Assembly (NCBI RefSeq): GCF_006345805.1
Contig: NC_043000.1
Coordinates: 372,001-436,000, forward strand
Length of the DNA stretch: 64,000 nucleotides
From: Octopus sinensis
Taxonomy: Eukaryota
Direction: 5' to 3'
Part shown: positions 23,861-37,420 of the stretch, one piece after another
Layout of the letters: every line of letters starts with the position of its first letter
Numbering within the stretch: the first letter of the stretch is position 1
Program-made: the position numbers and the translations under genes
The notes under the pieces: model-generated
The model's database searches: none
The model's input: only the letters and a program-made list of their open reading frames with translations
What the model was told of the DNA's origin: nothing

Positions 23861-25495
23861 CAGTAGTTTTATTTTTATAGCGTGCTTTCACTTCACTACC
23901 GAGCGCAGCTCTGTGTGCCTTGGGTATGTGCTGTGATTTGTTGTGATGCTCTGATGGTTATTGTATGGAAAATGTTCTGCGTAGGATGTGTGCAGTGCCT
24001 AGTAGTGCAATTTTCTGTATGTTATATGTGTTTGTAAGTCCTGGTGTTTTTGTTATGTATTTGTCTGAATATTTTTTATATGCCTAATGCACCTACTATG
24101 ATAGGAATTGTTTCTGTTTTCAGATTCCACATTCTAGTTACCTCTATTTCCAGGTCTTTGTATTTTGAGAGTTCTCTATTTCTTTTAGAGACACGTTGTC
24201 ATCAGCCGGTATTGATACTCAATTAGAAAGCATTTTTTTTCTTCATGGTCTCTGACAACTATATCTGGTCTGTTGGCCTTAATTTCTCTATCTGTGTGTA
24301 TCGGCATATCCCAAGCATGGTTGCTTTCTCGTTTTCTGTGACCTTTTCTGGTGTGTGCCTATACCATCTTTTTTCTGTTGTTATTCCATAATGTTGGCAT
24401 AGCTTCCAATGTATGTAGGTTCCAACTCTGTCATGTCTGTGAATAATTCCTTCTTAGCCAGGACTGGGCAGCTAGAGATAATATGATTTATTGTTTCTTG
24501 TCCATCTCCACATATTCTGCAGTTACTTGTAATATTTCTTTTCATTACATGTTTTTGGTAATTTCTGGTGGGGATGCTTTGGTCTTGTGCTGCAATTAAA
24601 AATCCCTCTATTTCTGCTTTGAGTCCTGAGCTTCTCAACCATTGTTGGGATTTTTCTTTGTCTATTTCTTTTTGCGTTTAGTTTAGTCCAGTATTTACCA
24701 TGAAGGGGCTTTTCTTGCCATCGTTTTATCATGGTTCGTTGCTGTTCTATTTTTAGTTTGGATTTCATTTGTTTTATAGCTTTTGTTGTTTCTTCATTTT
24801 CTTCTTCTTCTTCATGTTTATTAGGTGGTATGATTTCTTGTTTGTATTTGTCAGCTTCCTTAAATACTGAGAACAGTGTTTTTGTTTTGCTCGTGTTTTC
24901 CGCTATCTGGATCAGTTTTCCTTCCTTCTGAAGTAGATATTTTTTCAGTCCTATGGTGGTTATTTTTATAGTAGTTTTCCAGCTGTATAGGCCTCTACCA
25001 CCTTCTATACGTTGTATATATAGTCTTTCTATATCAGATTTTGGGTGATGCATCCTAGATCCTGTCATTATTTTTCTTGTTTTCCTATCTATTTTTGTCA
25101 GTTCATTTCGTGTCCAGTTAAGGATATTGTAGCTGTAACTTATAACTGGGACAGCTAAAGTGTTGATACCTATTATCTTGTTTTTAGCATTGAGCTCTGT
25201 GTTTAGTATTGATCTAACTCGTCTATAATATTCTTTTTTTATTTTCTCTTTCATTTGTGTGTGCTGTGTCTTATCTAGTTCATGGATTCCTAAGTATTTG
25301 TAAGTTTGGCTTTGGTCTAATTCTTTTATTTCATTGGTTTTATCTAGTGTGATGTTGTTACTCTTAACTAGTTTTCCTCTTTTCATGGTTACTTTGGCGC
25401 ATTTTTCTAATCCAAATTTCATATCTATTTCTTTGGTAAATCCATGAACTGTCTTTAATAGTGTTTCCAGCTGTTTGTCATTTGCAGCGTATAGT
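23861..25495 (-). mobile_element. 5'-truncated R4/Dong-type (RLE) LINE: RT end, CCHC finger, endonuclease, 3' UTR
   Basis: MKFGLEKC, YKYLGI, GGRGL, IAAQDQ, CRICGDGQETINHIISSC, NRPDIVV, IALLGTAHILRRT*; several frameshifts; (TAA)n at both ends. Confidence 0.92.
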
Positions 25496-25496
25496 A

Positions 25497-25528
<32 letters not shown>

Positions 25529-25557
25529 TATTATTATTATTATTATTATTATTATGA

Positions 25558-26107
25558 CTATTGACTGAGAGAGCAATGCATGCCATCAAAGAGACACTGG
25601 GGTATAAAAAAATATACGAAGCCCAATATACCCATCATGACTACCTGTCTGATAAAAGTACGCCAGCTACATACGTCACAACCATATATGCGCGAAAGTG
25701 TGATCTCATATCCACATTAAACAGCACATGACCTAGCAGGTGAGGCCCAGTTAGAATTCTCTTCAGGTCGAGTAGCCCATCTTGCTTAAAAGGTCCCTGA
25801 TTAGGGTTTGCTTAAAGAATGTTGAACGAAACAACCCATGTTACCAGAGGTGAATTACTCAAACACCAAAAAATTCCTTTCAACACCTGGCTATAATGCT
25901 TCCTCCACTTCTCCTGCTTATGATCAGAGATGCACATATCAGCCACTAAGGGACATGCTCAACTGGTGATGGTCAACGAAATGACAAGCAAATTTGTGGT
26001 ATTGCGCAGAATATTTGCTGTAGCCCATCCTTTTCACCTAGACAGAACATGTCAGTTAATATCAGTTAATATCAGTTAATATCCAATCAGTTAATATCAG
26101 AGATCAT
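25558..26107 (-). mobile_element. Interspersed repeat ending in (AAT)n, probably a non-LTR retroelement 3' region
   Basis: Terminal piece recurs at 38988-39030 and an inverted piece at 27367-27464; microsatellite tail at 25500-25555; no protein motif recognised. Confidence 0.55.
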
Positions 26108-26109
26108 AC

Positions 26110-27700
26110 GGCATTATTGCGAAAGAGTGGAGAGCGAAGTACTGTACACCGTCATTTTTGCTGCAAGGTGGGTGAGTGTGGAAAAGGGGACCCATGTGAA
26201 TGGTGTTACTCTGTGCATGCAAGTGTAGACCAGATGGAATGGAGAGGAGAATGGTGCCTACTTGAAATACCCTTGGCGATCGGTGTGTCGGGGATGTGTA
26301 AAGTTCCTTGGCTGATCCTGGGTGGATTTCCTCTTTTCGGGGGATATTATTGTTTGATGTTTTTGTTATTATTGTTTTACTGTTTACACGTACTATATTT
26401 AAACCTTCACTGTCCTTTATTTTGCATCGACCATTTTGTTTTGTGTGGGAACCCTGTGGTGGAGACCTGCATGGCTGCTTAGGCATACTAAGGCTTCTGA
26501 TGCACAAACACGCATTCAGCACTCAGACTGCAACTCTTACAACGATTTCTGGACAGTGAGCGCGTGTGGGCTCCGTTTGCGAGGCATGTCTTCTTGGTAA
26601 GAAAAGTCCTGGGTGAAAAAAAGGTCGAAACTGGGCACTTGGCAACTAAAATGTCATCAGACGCTCACAGCCCTCTACCAGTCAGGGAAATAAGATCGTT
26701 TGATGTTCCACTTTAGCAGTATATAGAGTCTTAATAGCGTGGAAGTGCGACGACGTTCTCGTGAAGACTCTGGGTGTCTATAATAACGAACTGATTAGTC
26801 TGTTCTGTAGGACTTTCCGGTCGGAAACTACAATGGATGTTTTCCAGACGTCCTTGGCCTGGCAGTGCTGGCGAGATGAGCTATCGGTTCGAGATAAACT
26901 CTACTACACACGGATGTGCTGTCACACAGGCTTGTCCGTGTGTGCATGCTGAGCGACGGAACTGTTCTGCTCACACTCGTTCAGTGTCCGGGCATTGCTG
27001 ACTTGTGGACTTATGTGAAACAGCTGAAGTTGCATGTCGTACGGATCGATCTGTCGACCGAGTTCAGAGTGATGATTGTCCCGCCACCTTCTTTCAATCG
27101 GGCAGGCAAGGTAAGTTTCTTTAGCCTGGTGGCTGTGTCGAAAGAGGTTGTCTAATGGACGAAGGTGGCAGGCATGGAGCCAGAGACATTCTCTGGTAGA
27201 GTTCTCATCAACTTTTTCAAGTTTCACTTAAAAAGGAAAATGAAGGTGGATAGTGAAGTGTTGTCCTCAAGTGTCTCGGAAAACAGGAATTGAAGAAGGC
27301 ACTGGGGTTCCTTTATTATCCCGAGAGGTCTTCTTGTATCTGGAGGTTCAGGCGTGGTTGAAACACATGATCTCTGATCTTAACTGATTGGAAGTGTTAT
27401 CATGTACATATTTTGTCTAGGTAAAAAGGATGGGCTACAGCAAATATTCTGCGCATGCCACAAAATGAGGGTGGAGAGTGAAGTGTTGTCCTCAAGGGAC
27501 ATTATTGAAAAGCAGATGAAAGTTGCGAAAATGTGTCTCGGAGAACAGGAATTGGAGAGTGCAGTGGGGTTCCTTGAGTTTCCCAAGAGGTCTTCTTGTA
27601 TATGGAGGACCGTATCACCATCATCTGCTTTTTCTTTTCTTTCTTATTGTTATTGTATGTTTCCCTTCACTGCTTTATTGTATACTGTGTATACTTCATA
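26110..27700 (+). mobile_element. Rearranged L1/Tx1-type LINE ORF2 C-terminal relics
   Basis: GCLGILRLLMHKHA (GGLG-like), SLAWQCWRDELSVRDKL, broken zinc finger ending QCPGIADLWTYV; ORF2 end RVESEVL present three times (~26125, 27240, 27465). Confidence 0.75.
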
Positions 27701-28144
27701 TGTGTGAGTGTGTGTGTGTGTGCGTGTGTGTGAGTGTGTATGTGTCTGTGTATTCTTTTACTTGTTTCAGTCAGTTGACTGCGGTCCTAGGACATTTTTA
27801 AGCCTAGTACTTATTCCGTCGGTTTCTTTTGTCGAACTAAGGAGAAAATACTTGCCCAAGGTACCAGCAGTGAGACTGAAGCCGGAACCACGTGATTGGG
27901 AAGAAAGGCTCTTACCACACAACCATGCCTCAACCTATATACCGCTAAAAACATTTTACCTGTTCTCAGTTTCAGTATTTTTCAAATGCTTGTACAGTGC
28001 TTTATCTTTGCAATCTTCCATCCTGCACAAGCCTGACCTTCTCACTTCCAATAATAGCGGTTCTGTGACATTTTTTACATACCATGCTATGTTGTTTTCT
28101 TATACTCTATTGCTGTGTTCGCATCCAATCAGTACTCATCTCCC

Positions 28145-29005
28145 ACTTTTTCTTGGTACATACAGTCTGTCTGTACCACTATTTGGGTGGAGTATCCCAT
28201 ATCTAGTCAGAAACACCCTTGTCTTTCTGTCTAAGATTTTTAGTTCGTCTACTGTTCATGTGATTACCCCTGCACCATATCTAAGGATTGAAACCGCTCA
28301 GGTGTTGATAACTTCAATCTTATTCCGTCCGTTTAATTTTGACTTAAGGATCAGTCTCAGTTGCGCAAGTAATCCACCTTAAATTTTTTTGTCATTTCTT
28401 TCTCCATCAATTTATCCATTTCCAATATCCCCAAGTACATCTCTTCTATCTGCTTCATAACCTCCCCCGACGGTATCGCTAGCCCATTCATACATTTGAT
28501 TTTGCCTCTCTTTCAGACTAACACACCACACTTTTTCAGTCCGAACTCCATTCTGAAATCAATACTGAAAGTATTCACCGTATGAACGTGGGAGCTGACT
28601 TGGGATTCAGCTTTACCATAAAGTTTGAGGTCATCCATGAATAACAAGTGGTTGACATTATGGGGGCGGCTTTTGAATACACACCCAGCCTTTGCTTTCT
28701 TCGGGATCAGTCTTAGTGGTGTCATGCAGAGTACAAGGATCAGTGGAGACATGCAGTCCCCTTGGAAGATGCCTATCTTGATTTCTATTGTCCCTAAACT
28801 TCTTCCATATGCTGTCATTTCCGTCTTCCACTTCGCCATACTTTTTCCAACAATCGTTCATCCTTCTTTGCAATACCAAATATGTTCATACATTCCATAA
28901 TCCAAGAATGTGGGATCATATTGTGAGCCTTGCGATAATCGATCCTTGTTATGGCTAAGTTAGTTTTCCTCCTCTTGCAATCTCTAAGTACAGTTTTGTC
29001 TACTG
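28145..29005 (-). mobile_element. Reverse-transcriptase fragment of a second R4/Dong-type LINE
   Basis: IDYRKAHNMIPHSWI, GIFQGDCMSPL, NHLLFMDDLKLYG, EFGLKKC, YLGILE, SKLNGRNKI. Confidence 0.9.
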
Positions 29006-29304
29006 TCGGAAAGAAGGAATTGGAGAGGATACTTGCTCTTTGTGTTCAGAGAAATCTTGGACGGTGGGGTTCCTTGATTATCCCTATAAGTAATCTTGTA
29101 TCAAGAGGGCTGCATCTCTATTATCTCCCCGATCCCTTTTTTTTTACCTTTCTATACTACGTATAGGTCCCTTCCTTTCCATTGTATACTGTGTACACTT
29201 AGCTTTTTCTTTCTAACATTTCATTATAAGTAAACCCTACACTTTATGTTCGTCTTTTTATTGTCCCCTGTCATCCATTGCCTTGGTGGCAAATAAACGA
29301 AATC

Positions 29305-29310
<6 letters not shown>
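29005..29310 (+). mobile_element. L1/Tx1-type LINE 3' UTR ending in (TTA)n
   Basis: GGAATTGGAGAG and GTGGGGTTCCTTGA shared with 27548-27580; ends TGGCAAATAAACGAAATCATTATTATT, which recurs at ~29559 and ~31546. Confidence 0.7.
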
Positions 29311-29378
<68 letters not shown>

Positions 29379-29583
29379 TTTTTTTTTCTTCTTTCAAATT
29401 TGCTTCCATTTCTTGCCGAGTGTCTTCCCGACTCCTAGGGCAAAGAAACTAATAGTGTATATTGGTAGGCCATTAAACCAAACTCAGTAGTTCGTTCATT
29501 TAAAAAGTTTTTTTTTAAAGTTAAATTAAAATACATGAGCAGCAACAGTTCTCACTGTTGGCAAATAAACGAAATCATTATTA

Positions 29584-29619
<36 letters not shown>

Positions 29620-29754
29620 GTTATTATTATTATTGTCGACTTAGCCTTTCATCCTTTCGAAACCGATAAAATAAGTACCAGCTGAGTAGTAGGGCCCATA
29701 TAATTATAGTTGGAAGCGGTGAAGGAAAGGCGTCAGAAGCAGAAGAAAAGGAAG

Positions 29755-29777
29755 AAGAAGAAGAAGAAGAAGAAGAA

Positions 29778-29809
<32 letters not shown>

Positions 29810-29949
29810 AGAAGAAGAACAACAACAACAACAACAACAACAATAATAATAATGACATCGACAAAAAGGACAGCGAGAACAACAGCAACAAGTCACTTTC
29901 TTTGCTGCTGCTTCTACTACTGCTGCTGTTGCTGCTTCTGCATCCGAAA

Positions 29950-30011
<62 letters not shown>

Positions 30012-30015
30012 GGCG
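29755..30015. repeat. Compound trinucleotide microsatellite (GAA, AAC, AAT, CTG, GAT, GGT)
   Basis: Directly visible. Confidence 0.95.
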
Positions 30016-30331
30016 AGAAGGAAAAGAAGGAGGAAGAAAAGAGAAGAAGGAAAAGAAAGTGAGTGATGATAATAAAGGAAACTTGAAAGAAAATGGAGGT
30101 GGTTGAATATGAAGAAAATATATACGTTTTACACAAATATGAAAATAAAAAAAAGAAATAAAACTAAAAAGAAAACAATAACGGGAAAAAAAGACAAAAA
30201 TAAAACAAAAGAAAGCAAAAGAATTTAAAATAAACAAACGTAGTTAAACTTAAAGAAGCACAAAATTGGTGGATAAGATAAGAATAGAGAAGAATATAAA
30301 AGATAACAACAACAACAACAACAAAACCAAC

Positions 30332-30369
<38 letters not shown>

Positions 30370-30544
30370 GTGAAATGAAAACGCAAGACCAAGATAAACT
30401 TTACATAGCCCCCCCCCCACACACACACAGAGGCATAAGCACATACATACACACGTACATACACACACGCATATTTAATACTTGTGTCTATGTGAATAAG
30501 TATATAATATATGTATGTATATATAGGCATATATATACATATAT

Positions 30545-30604
<60 letters not shown>

Positions 30605-30622
30605 CATATAATATATAATATA

Positions 30623-30655
<33 letters not shown>

Positions 30656-30914
30656 CTATATTATATATATATAATATATATATGCATATATATATAGTAT
30701 ATATGCATATATATATACGTCTATGTGCGTGCGTGTCAGTGTGTCTATGTGTTTATGTATGAAATCGTGTGTGTGTGTGTGTTTGAACATTGCATGTGTG
30801 TTTCCACAATGAAAGAGCATAAAAACAAACATTTGAACAGGGACTTTGGGGTTTCCGGCCTGATAGTACATCAGATTTGATAAGAAGATTTAAGAAACCA
30901 AAGCAATTGTAAGG

Positions 30915-30966
<52 letters not shown>

Positions 30967-31450
30967 AGTCAAAGCAGTAGTCGTGGTGGTGGCGGTGGTG
31001 GTGGTGGTGGTGGTGGTGGTGGTGTGATATGGTTGCTTCTGTAGTTTTTGGCTACCTCGTCTTGGTTGTCCTCATCGGTTGCTCTAGTCAAGAGTCTGGA
31101 GTCTAGACATTTGCCGTGGTCGTTGTAGCTGCTATTTCTAATCCTCGACCCTTCAGTTCTTGTTTTTGTTGTTTGCTACTGTTGCTTTTTTTTCTTGTTG
31201 CTGAATCTCAGGTCAACCATGATCAACAATGCACATGATAAAAATCGTTCCAAACATGACCATCTCGTCTATTTTTATGCATTGTGTACTGACTATGTTA
31301 CACTATGCGTCCGTTTTTCATTTCTTTCTATTTTTAGATATGAAGTGTTAGGTGGAAGATTCGGCTGCTACTTCTAGTGTGTCAACCGACCATGTACAAG
31401 CCCGTAGCCGTCCTTCAAGATGTCTTTGTTCGTGCTATTATTATTAGTAG

Positions 31451-31492
<42 letters not shown>

Positions 31493-31592
31493 AACTACTA
31501 CTACTACTACTATTATTATTATTATTGTTGTTTTCTTCGCCCTTGTGGCAAATAAATGAAAATCATTATTATCATTATTATTATTACTATTG

Positions 31593-31865
31593 TTGTTGTT
31601 GTTGTTACTATTGCAGCTGTGGTTACTGTTACTACTACCATTGCTGGCGCTCCTCTTCCTGTTGGGGTGGCATTTATTATTATTGTTGTTGTTGCTGTTG
31701 CCGTCGTCGTCATGTTTCACGAAGTTTTGCTATTTCCCCCGGGGTCCAGTATCTGCCACACGACCATTCACTTGTGGTTTTCTGCGTTTTGTATTATTTT
31801 TATATACGTTTATATATGCGGATGTATACATAAACATGTATATTATGTACACACACACACACACA
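31593..31865 (+). repeat. ~275-bp segment duplicated at 34532-34810
   Basis: TTACTATTGCAGCT...GGGGTCCAGTATCTGCCACACGACCATTCACTTGTGG...TACATAAACATGTATA near-identical in both places. Confidence 0.92.
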
Positions 31866-32081
31866 TATATATATACATGATGTATGTATGTGAGTATGTA
31901 TGTATATACGTATGTATGTAATAACACGTTCACACACATACACACACCGAAATGTGTTACTGTATATGGAAGTTATATAAGTTTCTCACCCTTATCTCAC
32001 TCCAACACCCACTTTCTTCTCTTTTCCTTTCCTGTCTCTTCCTCCTTTTCAATGTTGCCCCTCTCTTTCTCTGTATGTATA

Positions 32082-32117
<36 letters not shown>

Positions 32118-32684
32118 TGTATGTATGTATGTATGTATGTATATGTAATGTATATATATATACATATAGACATTTCGTATACGCATACACACACATCCAT
32201 ACACACTTCCATTTATCCAGCCATTCATGCACTCACACATACCCAGCGTCCATATATAGCTATACGATCGTACATACTCTCGCATCGGTACATATATACA
32301 CGAACATATGCATATATATATATATAAACTTACATACATACATACATATATACATACATATATACATACGTAGTACGTACGTACATAATACATACATACA
32401 TACATACATACATACATACATACATACATACATACATACATACATACGTACGTACGTACGTACGTACATAAGTACGCAGAGCCAATTTAACAGTAGCATA
32501 AGCTCCCAGGCAAATCAGTCCACTGGGCCTGCTAGTATTTATTTATTTATTTATTGACAGCAAACCACGGCATGTGTAGTTCCGAATTGGGCCTCTCGCG
32601 CATGAAGCACCTGAGTAACTGTCCAGCGTGCCCAGGCCTTAAAACGCAACTACAAATACTCAATCGCTTATACATATACATGTA

Positions 32685-32968
32685 GGCGTAGGAGTGGCTG
32701 TGTGCTAAGTAGCTTGCTTACCTACCACATGGTTCCGGGTTCAGTCCCACTGCGTGGCACCTTGGACAAGTGTCTTCTACTATAATCCCTGGACTGATCA
32801 AAGCCTTGTGAGTGGATTTGGTAGACGGAAACTGAAAGAAGCCCGACCTGTCCTTGATTTTTTTTGTACCGTCTGTCTGGATGTTTTGCGTTCTTGTGCC
32901 ATGTTTCGTATTCCCTTTTATATAGATATAGCAGCGTACGTACACTTTGGTCTCTTATATGTAAGTAT

Positions 32969-33000
<32 letters not shown>

Positions 33001-33629
33001 CATACATATTGTACGACTCTATTATTCTTTCATTCTTTCTTTCTTTCTATCAGCCCCTTCGCCCTTCGATCTTTCCACTCTTCTTTCTTTCGTTCCCCCT
33101 CTCACTCATTTCTTGGCTTTCTCTTTATTCTCACTTTCCCTCGTCTTTCATTTCACTCTGTCCCTTTTCTTTTTTCTCACCCCCCCTAATTCTTCCATCC
33201 CTCTACCTCTACCTCTCACTTCTGTTTCCATATGATTGGTGTTCCGCCAAGCCTGACCTTTCTTTCTTGGTTCGACTACCATCTGTGCAACATCTATATT
33301 CCTTCTCATACCTATCATCTCTTACGTCCCTGCCGTAAGGCTTCACTTCCACACACACCAGCTTAATTTAATTCGTCCTTAGTCGAAAGGCACCTGTTGT
33401 TATTGTCTTTTATTTGAATTTGTATTTGTGTACCGTTCCTCCTTTTTTTTCCCGTCCTTGTTTTCGTATACATTCGCTGCTTTCTTCCAAGGAATCTAGT
33501 GCTCTTAGCTTAGTTTTTCTTGGGGCTGACCAGATTGGAAGAATCTCGAGTATAACCAGCCGAAATTGCAAAGATAACCTGGAACTCGACTGAGAAGGAA
33601 AACTCCGAATGACCCGTCCTTGTTTTTTG

Positions 33630-33673
<44 letters not shown>

Positions 33674-33877
33674 GTGTGTGTGTGTGTTTGCGTGTCTGTG
33701 TTTGTACCCCACTCCATCGCTTGACTACCGATATTGGTGTGTCTGCCTCCCCGTAACCTAGTGGTTCGGCAAAAAAGAACGATAGAATAAATCCTGGAAT
33801 CGATTTGTTCGACAAAAGGCCGTGCTCTAGCATGGCCGCAGTCAAATGACTGAAACAAATTAAAGAGTAAAAGAGTA
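32685..33877 (+). mobile_element. SINE family B split by ~830 bp inserted at its internal microsatellite
   Basis: 5' half 32685-32847, 3' half 33685-33877; family Q pieces and pyrimidine-rich DNA in between. Confidence 0.65.
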
Positions 33878-33884
33878 ATTGCCG

Positions 33885-34275
33885 ACGCCGTACGAAGCTA
33901 ACAAAGGCCCACATTTGTGTACAGCTCTTAAATCTGTTCTACATCCAGATAAAATCCTTTCTACTATTGGTATTGAATCAGTCTCAGATATGCTCCTGCC
34001 CCAGACCACTGGACATGCTGTCCCTCCTTGATTTCTTTTCTATTGCTACTGTAATGTCCGCTGCTCAACTGATATTGCTGCTCTCCAATCTCCATCACTC
34101 AAGCATTCTTGGCCTACATGTGTATCCACTACTTTTCACCCTTGTTGTGTCCACTATTTAAACTTCTGCCTCCCCTGGACTTTGGCTCTCTGGAATCTCC
34201 TCTCTGCCCATGCCTTTCCTCTAGGTGCTAACCTGGAACAGTTTAAACGGATGATGAACGGTATTAAGCTCACGG
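33885..34275 (+). mobile_element. CR1/L2-group LINE ORF2 C-terminal relic
   Basis: FYCYCNVRCSTDIAAL-like and LPWTLALWNLLSAHAFPLGANLEQFKRMMN motifs; related pieces at 50865-51965 and 53205-53335. Confidence 0.7.
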
Positions 34276-34778
34276 GTTTCGGAGGGACAACAAGAAAGAT
34301 TACACACGAACACACACACATACGCACATACATACATACATACATACACACATACATACATACATACATACATACATACATACACACATACATACATACA
34401 CACATACATACATACATACAACACATACATACATACATACATACATACATACATACACATACATACATACATACATACATACATACACACATACATACAT
34501 ACAGCCATCCTTCAACACATCCATCCATCCATGTTGTTGTTGTTACTATTGCAGCTATGGTTACTGTTACTACTACCATTGCTGGCGCTCCTCTTCCTGT
34601 TGTGGTGGTATTTATTATTATTGTTGTTGTTGTTGTCGTCGTCATGTTTCACGAAGTTTTGCTATTTCCCCCGGGGTCCAGTATCTGCCACACGACCATT
34701 CACTTGTGGTTTTCTGCGTTTTGTATTATTTTTATATACGTTTATATATGCGGATGTATACATAAACATGTATAGTAT

Positions 34779-34831
<53 letters not shown>

Positions 34832-34870
34832 CATGCATGCATGCATACATACATAAATACATACATACAT

Positions 34871-34932
<62 letters not shown>

Positions 34933-34992
34933 CATGCATGCATGCATACATACATAAATACATACATACATACATACATACATACATTACAT

Positions 34993-35029
<37 letters not shown>

Positions 35030-36299
35030 TAATAACAATGAATTCCATAAAGACATCGAGTAGTACAATATCTGTAACGCCGAACAAATGACAGAGGCTA
35101 GAAACAGCAGACAAACCTCTTTCAAGTTATGCTTATTTTCTTTAAATCGAGAAAGATAAATGTTTAGATGGAATCGAAACGGAATCGATACAGTTGCAAT
35201 GATTTAGACCAAACGTCTGCTCAACTCCAGCTGTCTTAGAGCTAAACACCAATGACTACTTATATCAAACAACAGTAATTACTGAAGCCCCTAGTCATTA
35301 CTATCGCCATTAATACTAACTGTTTATAGTAACAAAGCTTCTAATACTGCTTTGTCAATCATAGTAACTGGTGAAATCACTAATATTTAGCTACGAATAC
35401 TATTTACTATAGTTATCAATGACTACTATAGGTACCAATAGTATTATAATTTCGAATAACTATACTCGTAGCCTGTATTAACCCTTATAGCTACAGGTAT
35501 CTAGAATTAATTGTATTGGCTGGCTTATATTTATGTGTATATATCTGCGTAAACATTTTGAATAAAGTTGGTCTGCGTATTTATTATCGGAACAACTCTC
35601 CAAAGTAAACAAAATTTCGACTAAGAAAATATGAAATATTCTATTCAGGCGAGGTAATCGTTGATAAATTCACTAGGATCTCTTTGTTTCTTAGGTTCCG
35701 ATAGAGAAGTGTAGACACTCAATCATTCACTGATGTATAAATGCTGTAAGTAATAAAATTGGCCCATGTGTTTTTTTGGGGTTTTTTTCTTGGTTGAATA
35801 TTACCGATGAAGAGAATTATGATTGTGGTTGATGCACGTTGATAATATAATATGGCTTCTACTTATGTTGTAACGTACAACCACTCTAATCTTGTTATCG
35901 TTTCACAGTGCTATTTAATGCGATTATAAACTCGTTAATATCGTCAGATTTTATTGTACCTATCAAACATGATGACTGACAGTGATATAATATGATATAA
36001 TAACATTGGAAAATTTAGTGGTTCGTCTCAAAATGTTATCTCACCACCACATCCCACACCACCAAAAGACTATGCCACCACATCGTTTCTAATCTAGGAA
36101 ACTAGAACTAACGATAACATTTATAACGACTACCCTGCTTTCTTCAGAAATGGTTAAATATAAATGATAAACTAAATATGAATATATGCTATACCACATA
36201 AGAAAACAGGACGGTTACAGTTAGACGCTGACTGAAAGTAGAAATACTGTCTCAAAGCGACAGTAACTAGGAATATACAGAAAACGGATGCGAATGGGC

Positions 36300-37420
36300 C
36301 GAGTAAGACGCCTCACAAAGTTTAAAACATACTTATACTACTTTCATCAGCTTCACCACCACCATCAAATTTACAAATTCCCAGAAAAATACACAGAAAT
36401 ATTACAGTAACATCAACAGAAGTAACGATAAAAACGGAAAGCATTTCTGTTATCTCGCTTCTCAGCGTCCCCTGGTCGCACCGATTACAACTATATATAT
36501 ATAATGCTGAAGTTGTCTGTGTGTGTGGCAGGTTTGGTACCCTCAACTAACACCATCTCCTCCGAGACCCTGCAGCACAAGTTGACCAAAATTGAGAGTA
36601 CGATAGAAGAAAGCTTGCTCTTCCTTCCGTAGAAAATAAAATTCAAATCGGACCATCTTAAGACCAAAAATTATTTACATCAAAAACGTGCTCTTTTTCT
36701 ATGAAAATCCCTATTTTTTACGAGTTTTTGACTGCTGTGTCGCCATTTTTCGGTGTATTTCAACCAGAAAAAAGTTCACATAAAGAGAATAACAAGCTAC
36801 ATAATGCAAAATTTTTACTTTTCAAAAATTCTAATTCTAAAGGGCGAAACAAACCCGAGCAACGCCGGGCGATACTGCTAGTTTAAAAATAAACGCTTCA
36901 TACACGTTCTGAAATGCTTCAAACAGCTAAACAAGGAAATGAGAACAAGACAGACAGTTGGCAAACGTATATACAACATGACCAACATAAACCACAAATC
37001 TAGTCATAAAACACTTGCATTTTCACAAGAGCAGCAGAAATACTGACAACAACGTCCACAGCAAGAATTAGCAACCTCTGTAACACAAAACGTTTCTTGA
37101 AAAATCAATCAAAAAACCCCATTGAACACAAGAACACAAAACGAAAAATGCAGATCTTTTAGAAAGACAATGATTTAGATACCCTACTTTCTGTATGACA
37201 TTCAAACTAAGCAACAACGACTAAAAGTTCAGAAGCTTCTGACAAAGCCAGACAAGTTCACAAACATGCTCCCGAGAATACCAGAAAACATCACAGTTTT
37301 CACCAACAACCACTCGTACAAGAGATTGTCAGTCACGGATCCGTACCATTTCCACGGTCCCTGTGGTCACCTTTGCATTTCAAAGCCCCGGAAACTAGGG
37401 CACGCGTGCATAGGTAGAGG
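36300..37420 (+). mobile_element. Possible very old RTE-type LINE relic interrupted by a Helitron
   Basis: HFCYLAS (FxYLGS-like) near 36445 and CGHLCISK (C-terminal finger-like) near 37365; otherwise unreadable. Confidence 0.3.
36490..36881 (+). mobile_element. Non-autonomous Helitron
   Basis: Starts CTATATATATATAATGCTGAAGTTG, ends ACAAACCCGAGCAACGCCGGGCGATACTGCTAG|T, identical to the 3' end at 21955. Confidence 0.88.

Noticed and set aside
24523-25422. 299-aa ORF as a functional gene
   Set aside because: Frameshifted, 5'-truncated LINE fragment missing the RT catalytic motif
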